NCBI GenBank assembly: GCA_036785375.1
Contig: JAWMAR010000578.1
Span: 992,001-1,056,000, forward strand
Source of the DNA: Leucoraja ocellata
Lineage: Eukaryota
Length of the DNA: 64,000 bases
Direction of reading: 5' to 3'
The notes beneath the pieces are model-generated. The model did not search any database and was not told the origin of the DNA. It was given only the letters and a program-made list of their open reading frames with translations. This document shows positions 63,840-64,000 of this stretch, in pieces; position 1 is the stretch's first letter; every line of letters begins with the position of its first letter. The position numbers were made by a program, and so were the translations under genes.

Positions 63840-64000
63840 GTTTCCATGATGTCACCAGCAGATTCAAGGTGCATTATTCTTATGGGTTATTTACTCTTAG
63901 TTCGAGCTATGAATGTATTTATCGGGTTCATTGGCTATATCATCTTTTTATAGAGAAGTTGCAAATGTGCATACTCTGGCTACAGCGAATTACATACAGA
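63840..64000. promoter_or_regulatory. Paralog-conserved non-coding element upstream of gene D
   Basis: gtttccatgatgtcaccagcagattc..catctttttatag..gcgaattac aligns with 20071-20292. Confidence 0.5.

Overview
Eukaryotic, AT-rich and repeat-rich genomic DNA, almost certainly from a cartilaginous fish (skate/ray-like). The inference rests on HE1/V-SINE-type SINEs, two CR1 LINE families with 8-bp microsatellite tails and Penelope remnants. The window holds a tandem cluster of non-rearranging immunoglobulin-superfamily receptor genes, all on the minus strand. Their architecture is leader / germline-joined VJ-type V domain / C1 domain / TM / tyrosine-motif cytoplasmic tail (SIRP-, NKp30- or PRARP-like). 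I label them: A (1-447, partial); B (7888-15765, complete, SIRPalpha-like 4-Tyr inhibitory tail); C (24629-30240, chimeric duplicate of B); E (38087-41521, V-less pseudogene); and D (43565-57319, complete, 2-Tyr tail). A ~14.5-kb tandem duplication (about 11815-26280 and 26315-40893), bridged by a ~33-nt CR1 3' tail, fused B's ectodomain and TM exons to E's TM and tail exons. Gene C therefore has two alternative TM exons. B and C also carry tandem splice acceptors that could toggle secreted versus membrane forms. The rest is CR1, Rex/Babar, Penelope (with minimal hammerhead-ribozyme cores), Harbinger MITEs, Helitron-like elements, a Gypsy gag relic and SINEs. All exon models were read manually from splice signals and paralog comparison, without transcript evidence.
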